Shown: positions 45,857 to 55,317 of the stretch, one piece after another
Numbering within the stretch: the first letter of the stretch is position 1
Layout of the letters: each line of letters begins with the position of its first letter
Source: Acidobacteriota bacterium
GTDB taxonomy: Bacteria; Acidobacteriota; UBA6911; RPQK01; JAJDTT01
DNA length: 64,000 nt
Direction of reading: 5' to 3'
Assembly (NCBI GenBank): GCA_965217775.1
Contig: CBDCJH010000002.1
Span: forward strand, 5,728,001 to 5,792,000
The notes under the pieces: generated by a model
What the model saw: the letters and a program-made list of their open reading frames with translations, nothing else
Told to the model about the DNA's origin: nothing
The model's database searches: none
Position numbers and translations under genes: made by a program

Positions 45857-48160
45857 TCAGTTTCTCTTTTCCGGCCAGTTCAGGTGTTTGTGCAGGAAGG
45901 AGAAGGTGCCCTTGCCGTTGATGGTGTGGGGTCCCACGAACCACTCGATCTCGACCCGGTCGGACAGCCCCAGGCGCGCTTGGTACAGGTGGCGCACCTT
46001 GGCGAATTCATACCCCACCATCTCGTCGGGCGCCACCCCGTCGAAATGCCCCCGCTCCACCATGAAGGGCCGGGGCGCGATCAGGGCCGCCATCTCGGCG
46101 TAGTTGAAGGTGCTGCCCAGGTCGAACTCGAAGATTTCGTACTCGCCGTGGAAGACGTAGCTGTACTTGGCTCGGGACGAGGCGTTCTTCCAGACCCACT
46201 CGTTGAAGTCGGCCGAGCAGATGGAGAGGGCGTAGTCGGTCAACAGGGCGGGGACCCGCATGGCCGTCTTCCCTCCATAACTGAGGCCGTAGAAGCCGAT
46301 CCGGCCGGGGTCCACCCAGGGGAGGGTCTTGAGCCAGTCCAGGATCTGCTGATGTTGGACCGCGATGATGGAGAAGAGGGACTTCTTTAGCGGATTCGCT
46401 TTCCTTTGCAGGGTGCGGAAGCGGTCCCGGAAGATGTAGAGATTCTGGGGCGCGAAGGTGATGAAGCCCCGCTCGGCCAGCTTGGCCGTGAAGTCGTGAT
46501 AGGCCCTGTGGTCGCCGCGGATGGTTTCCTGAGGCCGGCCTTCCAGGCCATGTTGGCAGACCACCACGGGCCGCCGCTCACCGGAGACCAGGTCCTTGGG
46601 AAGCAGCAGGATCCCGTAGGCGATGACGTCGGGATAGACCTCCAGCACCACCTCGTGTCCGGTCCATTCGGGTGCGTCGTAGATCTGGCGGCTGCGGGGA
46701 TTGGGCGGCAGGCGTTCCTCGTGGAACCAGCCGATGACCTCGTCCCGGAAGATCCGGCGGTAGTCCCGGGTGCTCTTCCGATAGGCTTCCAGCGACGTCG
46801 TGTCCAGCTTCTCCATGAAGGTTTGACGGACGTAAGGGCTCTCCGAGAGCAGCCACTGGTTATGCCGGTCCATTTCGCCGACCTGGCGCTCCATTCGAAC
46901 CCCGGGATCGAAGGAGTCCGGCACGAAGGAAGGCGAGGGACCGGAGGGAGCGAGTTCACATGAAAGGGCCCCGAGCAGAGCCGTCAGGGCCGGGTCGCTG
47001 CCCGGGGGACCGGTGCCCTGAGAGCCACTGGTCACCAGTTGGATCCGGGTCGCCGTATTCAGGCTGGCCACGAGTGCCTGCGCCCGTTCGACCTCTTGGC
47101 GGACCGTTTCGAGTGGGGGCGTGACCAGACGCGCCGGAGCTCCCCCTTTTCCGGGAAGCTCCAACTCGGGCCCCCGGGCCGCTTCGAGAATCAAGGAGCG
47201 GGGTGCGATCATCGAGGCCAGTTCCGCATCGCCGAACTGCTCCAGCAGCCCGAATACGTTGCGGTCGATGGGCTGTTTCCAGATGTTCCGCCGGTCGCTG
47301 AAATACCCGCTGACCAGGGCGGCGTCGATTCGAGTGTCCAGAGCGGCCGCGTAGAGAGCCAGCCCTGCTCCCTCGCCGTGACCGGCGATTCCGATGCGCG
47401 GGTCTCCATTTGCGGCGTCCTGCGAGAGCCAATCCACCAGGGCCAGAATCTTCTGGATCTCGTAACCCAGCAGGTGGCGCCCCAGTTCGAAGGCGGACCG
47501 GTAGATGAACTCCCGATGGGTCAAGATGGGACGTCCGATCCGCTTCTTCATTTCCCGGCTGATGAGGGTCGGCACCACCACCCGGCAGCCGCTCTCGGCC
47601 AAGCGGCGCGCGAACTGCGATGCGGGGGGAACTCCCGGGACCAGGCCGGCGACCTGCTCCGGGGTCTGGTCCGCATCGGGGACGGCGATGACGTCGGCGG
47701 CCGGCCGGCCCTTACGGGGAACCAGGAGCAGCCCTTCTCCGTGCATCTGACGGATGGAGGGCCAGCGGATGGAGAACACGTCGTAGGAGTCGGTCCCGCC
47801 GATGCGCGCCGATTGCCGGATCGTGGCCAGCAGCTCCGGACTCGAAAAGGGGACTCGAGGATCCCGGACTCCCAGGATATGGGCCAGCCGCTTCCGGTTC
47901 GGTTCCAGGGATCGGCTGTAGTCCTCGGCGGATGAGAAGTCGCGTTTCCAGTGGCGCGCCCGGTCCCGGCGGGATTGCTCCAACTTGTCCAGAAGGAAAC
48001 GGTCGGCGCCGGCCACCAGGTGGGAAGCGATGTCTCCCGTCATCTCCAAGGGGAGAGTCCGGCGCGAAAGCTCTGAAGCAGGCTGTCCAAAGGCCGTCCG
48101 GCCGTCCGCCCAAGCCGCCAGCAGGACTCCTGCCAGAATCAGAAGGGGAGAAAATCTCAC
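45857..48160 (-). CDS. Exported tandem alpha/beta-hydrolase (dienelactone hydrolase-like)
   Basis: Signal after GTG 48160; first domain GHGEG (no Ser), second GLSYGG nucleophile elbow; LIAPR in both halves. Confidence 0.8.
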   Translation of the reverse strand: MRFSPLLILAGVLLAAWADGRTAFGQPASELSRRTLPLEMTGDIASHLVAGADRFLLDKLEQSRRDRARHWKRDFSSAEDYSRSLEPNRKRLAHILGVRDPRVPFSSPELLATIRQSARIGGTDSYDVFSIRWPSIRQMHGEGLLLVPRKGRPAADVIAVPDADQTPEQVAGLVPGVPPASQFARRLAESGCRVVVPTLISREMKKRIGRPILTHREFIYRSAFELGRHLLGYEIQKILALVDWLSQDAANGDPRIGIAGHGEGAGLALYAAALDTRIDAALVSGYFSDRRNIWKQPIDRNVFGLLEQFGDAELASMIAPRSLILEAARGPELELPGKGGAPARLVTPPLETVRQEVERAQALVASLNTATRIQLVTSGSQGTGPPGSDPALTALLGALSCELAPSGPSPSFVPDSFDPGVRMERQVGEMDRHNQWLLSESPYVRQTFMEKLDTTSLEAYRKSTRDYRRIFRDEVIGWFHEERLPPNPRSRQIYDAPEWTGHEVVLEVYPDVIAYGILLLPKDLVSGERRPVVVCQHGLEGRPQETIRGDHRAYHDFTAKLAERGFITFAPQNLYIFRDRFRTLQRKANPLKKSLFSIIAVQHQQILDWLKTLPWVDPGRIGFYGLSYGGKTAMRVPALLTDYALSICSADFNEWVWKNASSRAKYSYVFHGEYEIFEFDLGSTFNYAEMAALIAPRPFMVERGHFDGVAPDEMVGYEFAKVRHLYQARLGLSDRVEIEWFVGPHTINGKGTFSFLHKHLNWPEKRN

Positions 48161-48213
48161 TTTCAGGACCCTACTGAAGTGGCCGCCGGTTTGCAATTCC
48201 TGGTGGCTGTCGG

Positions 48214-48570
48214 TCACGGCCAGAGGGGATAGCCTTGCATTCGGGCCGAGACCCAAGCCGCCACGGCGCCTGCCGACAGGTAACCCGCCACTCCCGCCAG
48301 CAGTCCGGCCCAGAGGCGGGACCGGAGCCTGAGACCCCACCAGGCGCCGGCAATCGCTCCGGCGGTCATCCCTGCAAAGGGGACGTAGAATCCGAGCTTC
48401 CCCTGGCTGCACCAGGGGCACCAGGGTCCCTGGAGGTTGTGCACGTTGCAGTAGGCCATTCCATCCAGGAAGGTGCACCCGCACCCGAAGAGCAGCCCGC
48501 AGTAGGCGGTGACGGTGGCCGCCTCCAGGACCAGCAGAAGCCCAACGCAGATCCATAGCCGTGCCTGCAT
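48214..48570 (-). CDS. Small Cys-rich membrane protein of unknown function
   Basis: About 3 TM with C-x5-CGC, CNVH and CPWC motifs. Confidence 0.6.
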   Translation of the reverse strand: MQARLWICVGLLLVLEAATVTAYCGLLFGCGCTFLDGMAYCNVHNLQGPWCPWCSQGKLGFYVPFAGMTAGAIAGAWWGLRLRSRLWAGLLAGVAGYLSAGAVAAWVSARMQGYPLWP

Positions 48571-48772
48571 ATTTGTAAACCAGTCTACACCGCCACCCTC
48601 ATCCCGGCTGTTGAGTAAATGCCGCAACGGGTCGCGCCAGGGTGATCGGCGACAATGATCCCGCTGGGCGGGGTGTGTCGTCGCCGGCGGGAGTTACGGT
48701 CATTTGAACTGTCTCCAGCCCAGCGCATAGTATGGAAGCGTTTTTCACTTGCGGAACGAGAGGAACAGGTCC

Positions 48773-49972
48773 ATGAGCACCACCGGGAAGACGTTGGCTC
48801 GCGGTGATCGGATCGGGGGATACAGCTTGGAGGACATCGAGGCGCGTCTGGAGTCCGGCAAAGGGATCTCCGGCGTGTTCAAGACCGATCTCCCCACTCC
48901 TTCCCTGCTGCTGGATCTGGATCTCTTCGAGGCCAACATCGAGACCTTGGCCCGGCACGCCGCGAGCCGCTCCATCGGCTTGCGGCCCCATTCCAAGACC
49001 CACAAGTGTCCGGAGGTTGCCCGGCGCCAATTGGATGCCGGCGCTCTGGGAATCTCCACGGCCACCGTCGCCGAAGCCGAGACCATGGCTCAAGCCGGCA
49101 TTTCCGGCCTCTTGATCACCTCCGAGATAGCGGACCCCAACAAATTCCAGAGACTGGTCCGCTTGACCCGGCACCACCCCGATACCATGGCTGTGGTGGA
49201 CCATCCGTGGCAGGCGGAGCAGATGAACGAAGCGGCCGAGGCCGGCGGCGTACGGCTCAACATCATGGTGGACATCGACCCGGCCAACCGCCGCACCGGG
49301 GTCGAAGCCGGAGAGCCGGCGCTCCGTCTGGCCCGCAAGGTGGACCTTCTCCCGCACCTGAACCTGAGGGGGGTGCACTGCTACTGCGGAAAGTCGTCCC
49401 ACGTCCACGGCTTCGAAGAGCGGCGAAGGCATTCGATGGAATCCCTGGCGGCTCCGCTGGAGACCTTCTTCAGGATGAAGCAGGAAGGGCTTCCGGTGGA
49501 GATTTTCTCCGGTTGCAGCACCGGGACCTACAATATCGATCCCGAGATCGAGGGCATCACCGAGATGCAGGCGGGATCCTACGTCTTCATGGACCTGGAC
49601 TACAGGTTGATCGGGGGCCGGGGGGGGGAAGTCTACGACGACTTCAAGTCCGCATTGACGGTTCTCTCCACGGTCACCAGCAGGAATCTCCCCGGCCAGG
49701 CCACATTGGATGCCGGGCTCAAGGCCTTCTCCACCGACCGGGCCTTCGGACCACAGCCGGTGGGAATCGAGGGTGCGAGCTTCCGTTGGGGTGGGGATGA
49801 ACATGGCATTCTCGTCCTGGACGGGGCGGTCGGCGACGTTCGTCTGGGCGAGAAGCTGGAATTTCACCCTCCCCATTGTGACCCGACCGTCAACCTCTAC
49901 GATCGCATCTACTGCACCCGGGGAGACCAGGTCGTAGACGTCTGGCCGATCCTCGCCCGCGGCCATCGCTGA
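48773..49972 (+). CDS. DSD1-family PLP-dependent enzyme (D-threonine aldolase / D-serine dehydratase-like)
   Basis: LPTP, RPHSKTHK PLP-Lys, RTG, QAGSYVFMD, DEHG, HCDPTVN. Confidence 0.9.
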   Translation: MSTTGKTLARGDRIGGYSLEDIEARLESGKGISGVFKTDLPTPSLLLDLDLFEANIETLARHAASRSIGLRPHSKTHKCPEVARRQLDAGALGISTATVAEAETMAQAGISGLLITSEIADPNKFQRLVRLTRHHPDTMAVVDHPWQAEQMNEAAEAGGVRLNIMVDIDPANRRTGVEAGEPALRLARKVDLLPHLNLRGVHCYCGKSSHVHGFEERRRHSMESLAAPLETFFRMKQEGLPVEIFSGCSTGTYNIDPEIEGITEMQAGSYVFMDLDYRLIGGRGGEVYDDFKSALTVLSTVTSRNLPGQATLDAGLKAFSTDRAFGPQPVGIEGASFRWGGDEHGILVLDGAVGDVRLGEKLEFHPPHCDPTVNLYDRIYCTRGDQVVDVWPILARGHR

Positions 49973-50031
49973 AGATTCCACAGAGCTTCGAATCCGGTAC
50001 TCAGGGCGGGTGGCACCGAAGGAGGCATGCT

Positions 50032-51657
50032 ATGCAGGTGTCCGAGTTGATCGTCCGGGAAGCCAGGGAGCGGGGCCTGAACCACTACTTCGGCATACCA
50101 GGTGGTGGGCTGCCCTTGGACATCATGGATTGGGGACGGCGTCTGGGCCTCAATTTCGTCGCCGTGGCCCATGAGTCTTCGGCGGCCATCATGGCCGCCT
50201 ATTACGGACTCACGAGAGAGACGGCGGGACTGGCTTTGGCCGTCAGGGGCGTCGGTGCCGGCAACTTGGCTGGAGGCGCCGTCAACGCCCATTTCGAACG
50301 CGTTCCCGTCATCTGTTGCTGTGAGAGCAGCCCGGTTTCCACCGGCCACCTGGAGTTGGTCTGCCAGTGCTCCCACGGCAAGCTCTTCGAAGCCGTCGTC
50401 AAGTCGCAGCATACTTTGTCCGTCGACACGGCTCGCGAGAGTCTTCGAAGCGCCTTCTTCCAGGCCTTCGACGGCCGGCCGGGTCCGGTTCTATTGGATG
50501 TGCCGACCGAGCTGGCGACCGCTCCGGTCCCGGGTCCCGTACTCGATCCGCTGGAGGCACCTCCTCCCGCCCTCCCCGATGAATCCCAACTCAGGGTCCT
50601 GAGGGAGCTTCTGTCGAAATCCCGAAGACCGGTGATCCTCGCCGGACAGGACGTGATCCGAGCCGGCGCCTGCAACGCCTTGCGCGCGTTGGTGGAGGCG
50701 GTGGGGGCCGCCGTTCTGGTCCAGATGGACGCCCATGGCGTCTTTCCCGAGTCCCATCCCCTCTGGGCCGGCACCTTCGTCGGACACCAGATCCCCAACA
50801 CCGTGGAAGGCGAGCTGGCCCCGCAAGCGGACCTGGCGCTCCTGGTCGGCTGCGACTCCCTGACCTCGGACAAGAAGTGGGACTCGGCGGCACCCGCCTG
50901 CGAGTTGGCGCAGCGCGCGGAGTACGAATCGCTGGCCGCCCGGCCCCTCCATCGCATCGACGGCGACCTGACCGTCTCCCTGAACCGGCTGCTCCCCTCG
51001 TCTCCCCGGGCCGGATTCCCGCCCGCCGATGTCCGGAAGACACGGGAAAGCGTGTTGAGGCACTTTCGCCGTCCGGGGGCCGCCCGGCTGGCGGCGCAGG
51101 ACATCATCGAGATCACGCGGACCCAGATGCCGAGTGACGGTCTGCTCGTTTCCGAAACCGGGATCTTCATCCTCATGCTGCACCATCTTTGGCCCGTGGA
51201 CCGTCCCGGAAGCCACCTCTGCACTGCCGGCGGGCGGACCATGGGCCTCATGCTTCCGGCCATCCTCGGCGCCAAGCTGGCTCGGCCCGAACGGCCCATG
51301 ATCGGAATCGGAGCCGACGGCAGCACTTTGATGCGGCTGGGAGAGCTGGAGGTATTCGCCCGCACCGGGGTCCGGGTTCCTCTCGTGATCCTGAACGACC
51401 ATGCCCTGGGCACCATGAAGTCAAGGCAACAGAGCCGGGGAATGGAGGACTACGGCCTGGATCTGCACCCCATCGATCTGGCGGCCGTGGCCCGGGCTTC
51501 GGGTCTGGCCGGAGTCGTGGTCCGGACGCCGGAGGAGTACGAGAGAGAGCTCAAGAAGGCGCTGGTTGCGGACACCACCACGCTGATCGACGCCCGGGTC
51601 GATCCTCAGGCCTACCAGGACAGTTTCGCCGCCACTATCGGGATCGTGGGAACCTGA
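50032..51657 (+). CDS. Thiamine pyrophosphate-dependent enzyme (acetolactate synthase-like fold)
   Basis: FGIPGG, HESSA, RPGPV, ADGS...ND ThDP-binding motif. Confidence 0.88.
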   Translation: MQVSELIVREARERGLNHYFGIPGGGLPLDIMDWGRRLGLNFVAVAHESSAAIMAAYYGLTRETAGLALAVRGVGAGNLAGGAVNAHFERVPVICCCESSPVSTGHLELVCQCSHGKLFEAVVKSQHTLSVDTARESLRSAFFQAFDGRPGPVLLDVPTELATAPVPGPVLDPLEAPPPALPDESQLRVLRELLSKSRRPVILAGQDVIRAGACNALRALVEAVGAAVLVQMDAHGVFPESHPLWAGTFVGHQIPNTVEGELAPQADLALLVGCDSLTSDKKWDSAAPACELAQRAEYESLAARPLHRIDGDLTVSLNRLLPSSPRAGFPPADVRKTRESVLRHFRRPGAARLAAQDIIEITRTQMPSDGLLVSETGIFILMLHHLWPVDRPGSHLCTAGGRTMGLMLPAILGAKLARPERPMIGIGADGSTLMRLGELEVFARTGVRVPLVILNDHALGTMKSRQQSRGMEDYGLDLHPIDLAAVARASGLAGVVVRTPEEYERELKKALVADTTTLIDARVDPQAYQDSFAATIGIVGT

Positions 51658-52934
51658 AACCGGGTGTCCGATCTCGCCTCTGGAAGAGGCAGCCAGCGGG
51701 GGTGGTCGGCTCCCTGGCCCTTCCAGCCGTCAGTGACGTGTCTGGCGTCAGCTCCTTCCGAATCCATGCGCCAGATGGCGGGCATCTGGCCCGTCTTCGC
51801 ACGGCAGAAAAGGATGATGCGTCCGTCGGGGGATGGCTGTGGCCGGAAGTCCCAGAGGGGCGGACGGCTCTCGGTCAGGCGCTGCATCTCGCCGTTCTTG
51901 GGGTCGATTCGGCAGATCTCCGTGCCGCCCCGTGCCAACTTGGGCTTGAAGTCACGGTTGAAATGGTCCGTGTCCGGGCGCTGCCGCTGATACTCCCACG
52001 GCACCTTGCTGCCAGGGAGCTTTCGAGAAAAGAGGATGGATTCGTCTCGAGTCCACGAAAGCATGTTGGAACCGCTGCCGCGGTTGGCCGGACTGCCGTA
52101 GCTGGCGCCGAACCAGTGGGATTGACCTTCAGTCAGGACTCGCCGCTCGGATCCATCGGGCCGGGCGACGCAGACATCGGCCCAGTCGTGACCCGGATCT
52201 TCCCGGAAATGACAGTCCAGGTAGGCGAGCCAATCCCCACCCGGAGACCATACGGGTCCGAAATAGAGATGGTCGGGATGGGCTGCAATGAGCGTGCGGC
52301 GACCTCCGTCGAAGTCGCTGGTCCAGATCTGATAGCCCGAAGGGCTGGCCAGATGGAAGGCGACGCGCTTCGCCCGCGGGTTGAGGCTGAAACCATACGG
52401 CAGGCCTTCTCCGGCTCCCGTGAATTCCCGCGCGTCAGTGCCGTCCAGATTCATGCTGAAGACTTGGCCGGCCCGGTGGCGGATGACTTGGACCAACATG
52501 CGTTCGTTGTCCAGCAACAGTTGGGGAGTGCAAAAAACGGCGATCCGCTCTTTGGTGGCGATCTCGGTCAGGCTCTTCTCTTCGAGATCATAGATCCAGA
52601 TATGCGTGGGTGTCTGGGTGTAGTACTCGGCGAACGGCCGACCCGGACCGTCTCGGCGTGCTTCCATGCTCAGCAGCAGGATTCTGCGGCCCCCGGAGAA
52701 GAACCCTGCCGGTTGCCAGGTCACTTGATTCGGCTCCCGGAGATCCAACACTTGCAGATTGCCGCCACAGGCAACCATCATGGCCGTCCTGCCCGCCGTC
52801 GAGAAGAGGAAACGCTTCGGGGAGGCGGACGGGGCACCGGACTTCGGTGCCGAGCCGTGACGGGGAGTCAAGGCCAGCGTGGAGCCGAAGAGAAGGGTAG
52901 CCAGAAGTTCGCGGCGGGACAGTTTGAAGTCCAT
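51612..52934 (-). CDS. TolB-like beta-propeller protein with Tat-like signal
   Basis: SRRELL N-terminus; PVWSPGG, PSPDG, HPRW blades. Confidence 0.75.
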   Translation of the reverse strand: MDFKLSRRELLATLLFGSTLALTPRHGSAPKSGAPSASPKRFLFSTAGRTAMMVACGGNLQVLDLREPNQVTWQPAGFFSGGRRILLLSMEARRDGPGRPFAEYYTQTPTHIWIYDLEEKSLTEIATKERIAVFCTPQLLLDNERMLVQVIRHRAGQVFSMNLDGTDAREFTGAGEGLPYGFSLNPRAKRVAFHLASPSGYQIWTSDFDGGRRTLIAAHPDHLYFGPVWSPGGDWLAYLDCHFREDPGHDWADVCVARPDGSERRVLTEGQSHWFGASYGSPANRGSGSNMLSWTRDESILFSRKLPGSKVPWEYQRQRPDTDHFNRDFKPKLARGGTEICRIDPKNGEMQRLTESRPPLWDFRPQPSPDGRIILFCRAKTGQMPAIWRMDSEGADARHVTDGWKGQGADHPRWLPLPEARSDTRFQVPTIPIVAAKLSW

Positions 52935-53064
52935 GATCTCAGAGCCGGAGTTGATGCCTCCAAATGGTGACGCCTCAACTCGAATCTGTAAATGTCGTTC
53001 CGAATGGTTGCCGCGTGCGAAAGGGGAACGATTGACGGTGGAGGGTCCTGCTTGAGGAACTGCG

Positions 53065-54135
53065 GTGAAGGATAGAGTTACTCCGTCGGCATCGGTCGTT
53101 GCCCTGTGGCTGGCATCCGTTCTGCTCGTGGGCTGCGCCTCATCTCCGCGTGAGCAGGAAAAAAGAATTCAAGTGTCCGCGGATCTGGACTTTCACCGTC
53201 TCCAAGTGACCCCCCTGGTGCATTCCACCTATCCGACATACCGGCGCTACCATGATGCTCTGGCCCCCCAGGTCGTGGTCGTTACGGCTCAGGGACTGGA
53301 CCGGATCGGTTGGGAAGATCGCCCTGAGAAGGCTTCCTGGATCCTGAGGTTGCCGGAGCAGATCCACGTCAATGGAAGGAAGCTCCACTACCAGGTGGGG
53401 ATGAAATGGGTGAGAGAAGGAGAGAGATGGACCTACTCCGACAGTCCGGTGAGAGATCTGAACGGCCTCTGGAAGCAGGATCCGAAGTCCGACTTCTACC
53501 GGTTCCAACTCGACCCGGCTGCGGAGCGGAAACCCGTGCTGGGCCAGCAGGATGTCAGCATCCACGCGGACTCCACCGGCGCCCACTATTTCTTGTCGGT
53601 CACCAACGATTCCGATGAACCTTGGAAAGACGTCCATACCTGGGTCTGCCTGGACCACTACCACACGCCGGTCACCGGATATCGGCCCTATCTCAAGGTC
53701 GGGTCTTCCTGGACCGATTACCAGAAGCTTCCAGGGGTCGGGCCTTCCACGTTTCTACCGGTGATGGAAAGAAGAGACGAGTTTCTCAGAGTCCGGCCGA
53801 GGTCGAAGGCGCCTGCCTCAGTGAGCTTTCCCGGAGTGGTCTGCTGGAACATTACCGACAAAGGACACCTCCTGACCGCGCACCTGTCGCGGGACGCTCT
53901 GGCCGTACTCGCGAATCAGAATGCTCCCTGCACCGATCTGCTCCTCTGGTTCGGCGATCTGCAGCCGGGCCAGCGAGTCACCCGTAGCGGGCACGTTCTC
54001 GTCGCCCGTGCCAGCCTGGAGGAATTCAAGCGGCAGGAGAGCGGCATGATGCGGCTCTTGGACGGCATCGGGAAGGGAAGCTCGCCCGAACCACCGATAT
54101 CCTCTTTGTCCTCGGCGTCTGCGCAGGGATCGTGA
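53065..54135 (+). CDS. Putative lipoprotein of unknown function
   Basis: LLVGC lipobox; GAGG upstream; first gene of a + strand cluster. Confidence 0.65.
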   Translation: MKDRVTPSASVVALWLASVLLVGCASSPREQEKRIQVSADLDFHRLQVTPLVHSTYPTYRRYHDALAPQVVVVTAQGLDRIGWEDRPEKASWILRLPEQIHVNGRKLHYQVGMKWVREGERWTYSDSPVRDLNGLWKQDPKSDFYRFQLDPAAERKPVLGQQDVSIHADSTGAHYFLSVTNDSDEPWKDVHTWVCLDHYHTPVTGYRPYLKVGSSWTDYQKLPGVGPSTFLPVMERRDEFLRVRPRSKAPASVSFPGVVCWNITDKGHLLTAHLSRDALAVLANQNAPCTDLLLWFGDLQPGQRVTRSGHVLVARASLEEFKRQESGMMRLLDGIGKGSSPEPPISSLSSASAQGS

Positions 54136-55292
54136 CCGTAACGCAGATCGATCGCCGGGATTTCTTCAAGGGCATGGGTACGGCCGCCGCCAAAGGGGCG
54201 CTGGTGTCGGGAACCTTTGGCTTGACCTCTTCGCGTTGCCCGAGACGCGGCGGCCCCTCGAATCCTCCCGACACCGACCCAAATACTGGAGACAGAGAAA
54301 TGACGGTACCAAACACCGCCGGCGGGGACAGACGTTTCAGAGACGCGAGGGACCGCGGCTGCGCATTCCTCCTGGATCGTTTGCGACCTGACGGAGGCTT
54401 CGGCGACGTCGAACCAGGGTTGTCTCAGTACTACAAGGTTCCTGCAGCGCTCGCCGCTTGCGGCGAGACGGGGGCGGCCAACCGCCTCTGCAGCTGGATT
54501 CGGGAAAATGGAATGCTCCCGAACGGGGACTTCGGACCGAGACCCGTGTCGATTCGAGGGTACGGCTATACCTACTACAACTCGTGGGTGATCAAGGGGG
54601 CCCACCGGCTGGGGCATTTCGATCTCTCCCAGCGAGGCATGGATTTTCTGATGACTTTCCGGGACAGCGAGACCGGCGGGTTCCTGTCCAGTCCTGCGGA
54701 ACAGGATCCTCTGCTGCAACAGGACCTCTGGGTGGTTGCCGGCTGCGGTTGGTCGGCCCTCTACACCGGCAGGATCGAAATCGCCCGGGGGGTCGGGCAC
54801 TGGATGAAGACCCTCATGGAGGCGCAACCCAACTACCCCAGGAAGCTGTACGGGGTCTACAGCAGGGAAAAGGGACTGCATGTCGAGCACGAGCCGGGCG
54901 AGGCATTCCGATACGTCCTGAATCAGGACGCCGAGCGGGACGAACCCTTCTACAACCCGGGCATTGCAGGAGGATTCCTGGCACAACTCCATCAGGCGAC
55001 CGGCGAAAAGGAGTGGTTGGAGTTGGCCCGGGAGTACCTGCGCCTGGCGGAAGACGCCAGCGGTTTTCTCTACGGTCTGGTCCGCGCCGGCAAGTTGGGA
55101 TGGGCCGCATCCTTGCTCTACACGCTCACTTCCGAGGAGAAGTACCGGGACATGGCCGTTCGTGTGGGCGACAGCCTGATCGCGTCCCAGTCGGGCGCGG
55201 GTTGGTGGGGAAACGTCGGCGAGACCTCGCCCAACAACGACATCACCGCCGAAATGGTCTATTGGCTCGACCAGATTTACCAATCCGTGTGA
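54132..55292 (+). CDS. Alpha/alpha-barrel hypothetical protein (possibly Tat-exported)
   Basis: DRRDFF signal (alternative start 54300); PDGGF, ETGGF, ATGEKEWL, LIASQ..GWW barrel-type repeats. Confidence 0.65.
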   Translation: MTVTQIDRRDFFKGMGTAAAKGALVSGTFGLTSSRCPRRGGPSNPPDTDPNTGDREMTVPNTAGGDRRFRDARDRGCAFLLDRLRPDGGFGDVEPGLSQYYKVPAALAACGETGAANRLCSWIRENGMLPNGDFGPRPVSIRGYGYTYYNSWVIKGAHRLGHFDLSQRGMDFLMTFRDSETGGFLSSPAEQDPLLQQDLWVVAGCGWSALYTGRIEIARGVGHWMKTLMEAQPNYPRKLYGVYSREKGLHVEHEPGEAFRYVLNQDAERDEPFYNPGIAGGFLAQLHQATGEKEWLELAREYLRLAEDASGFLYGLVRAGKLGWAASLLYTLTSEEKYRDMAVRVGDSLIASQSGAGWWGNVGETSPNNDITAEMVYWLDQIYQSV

Positions 55293-55317
55293 GGAAAGAG
55301 GTGGGGTCCGGGTTCCG

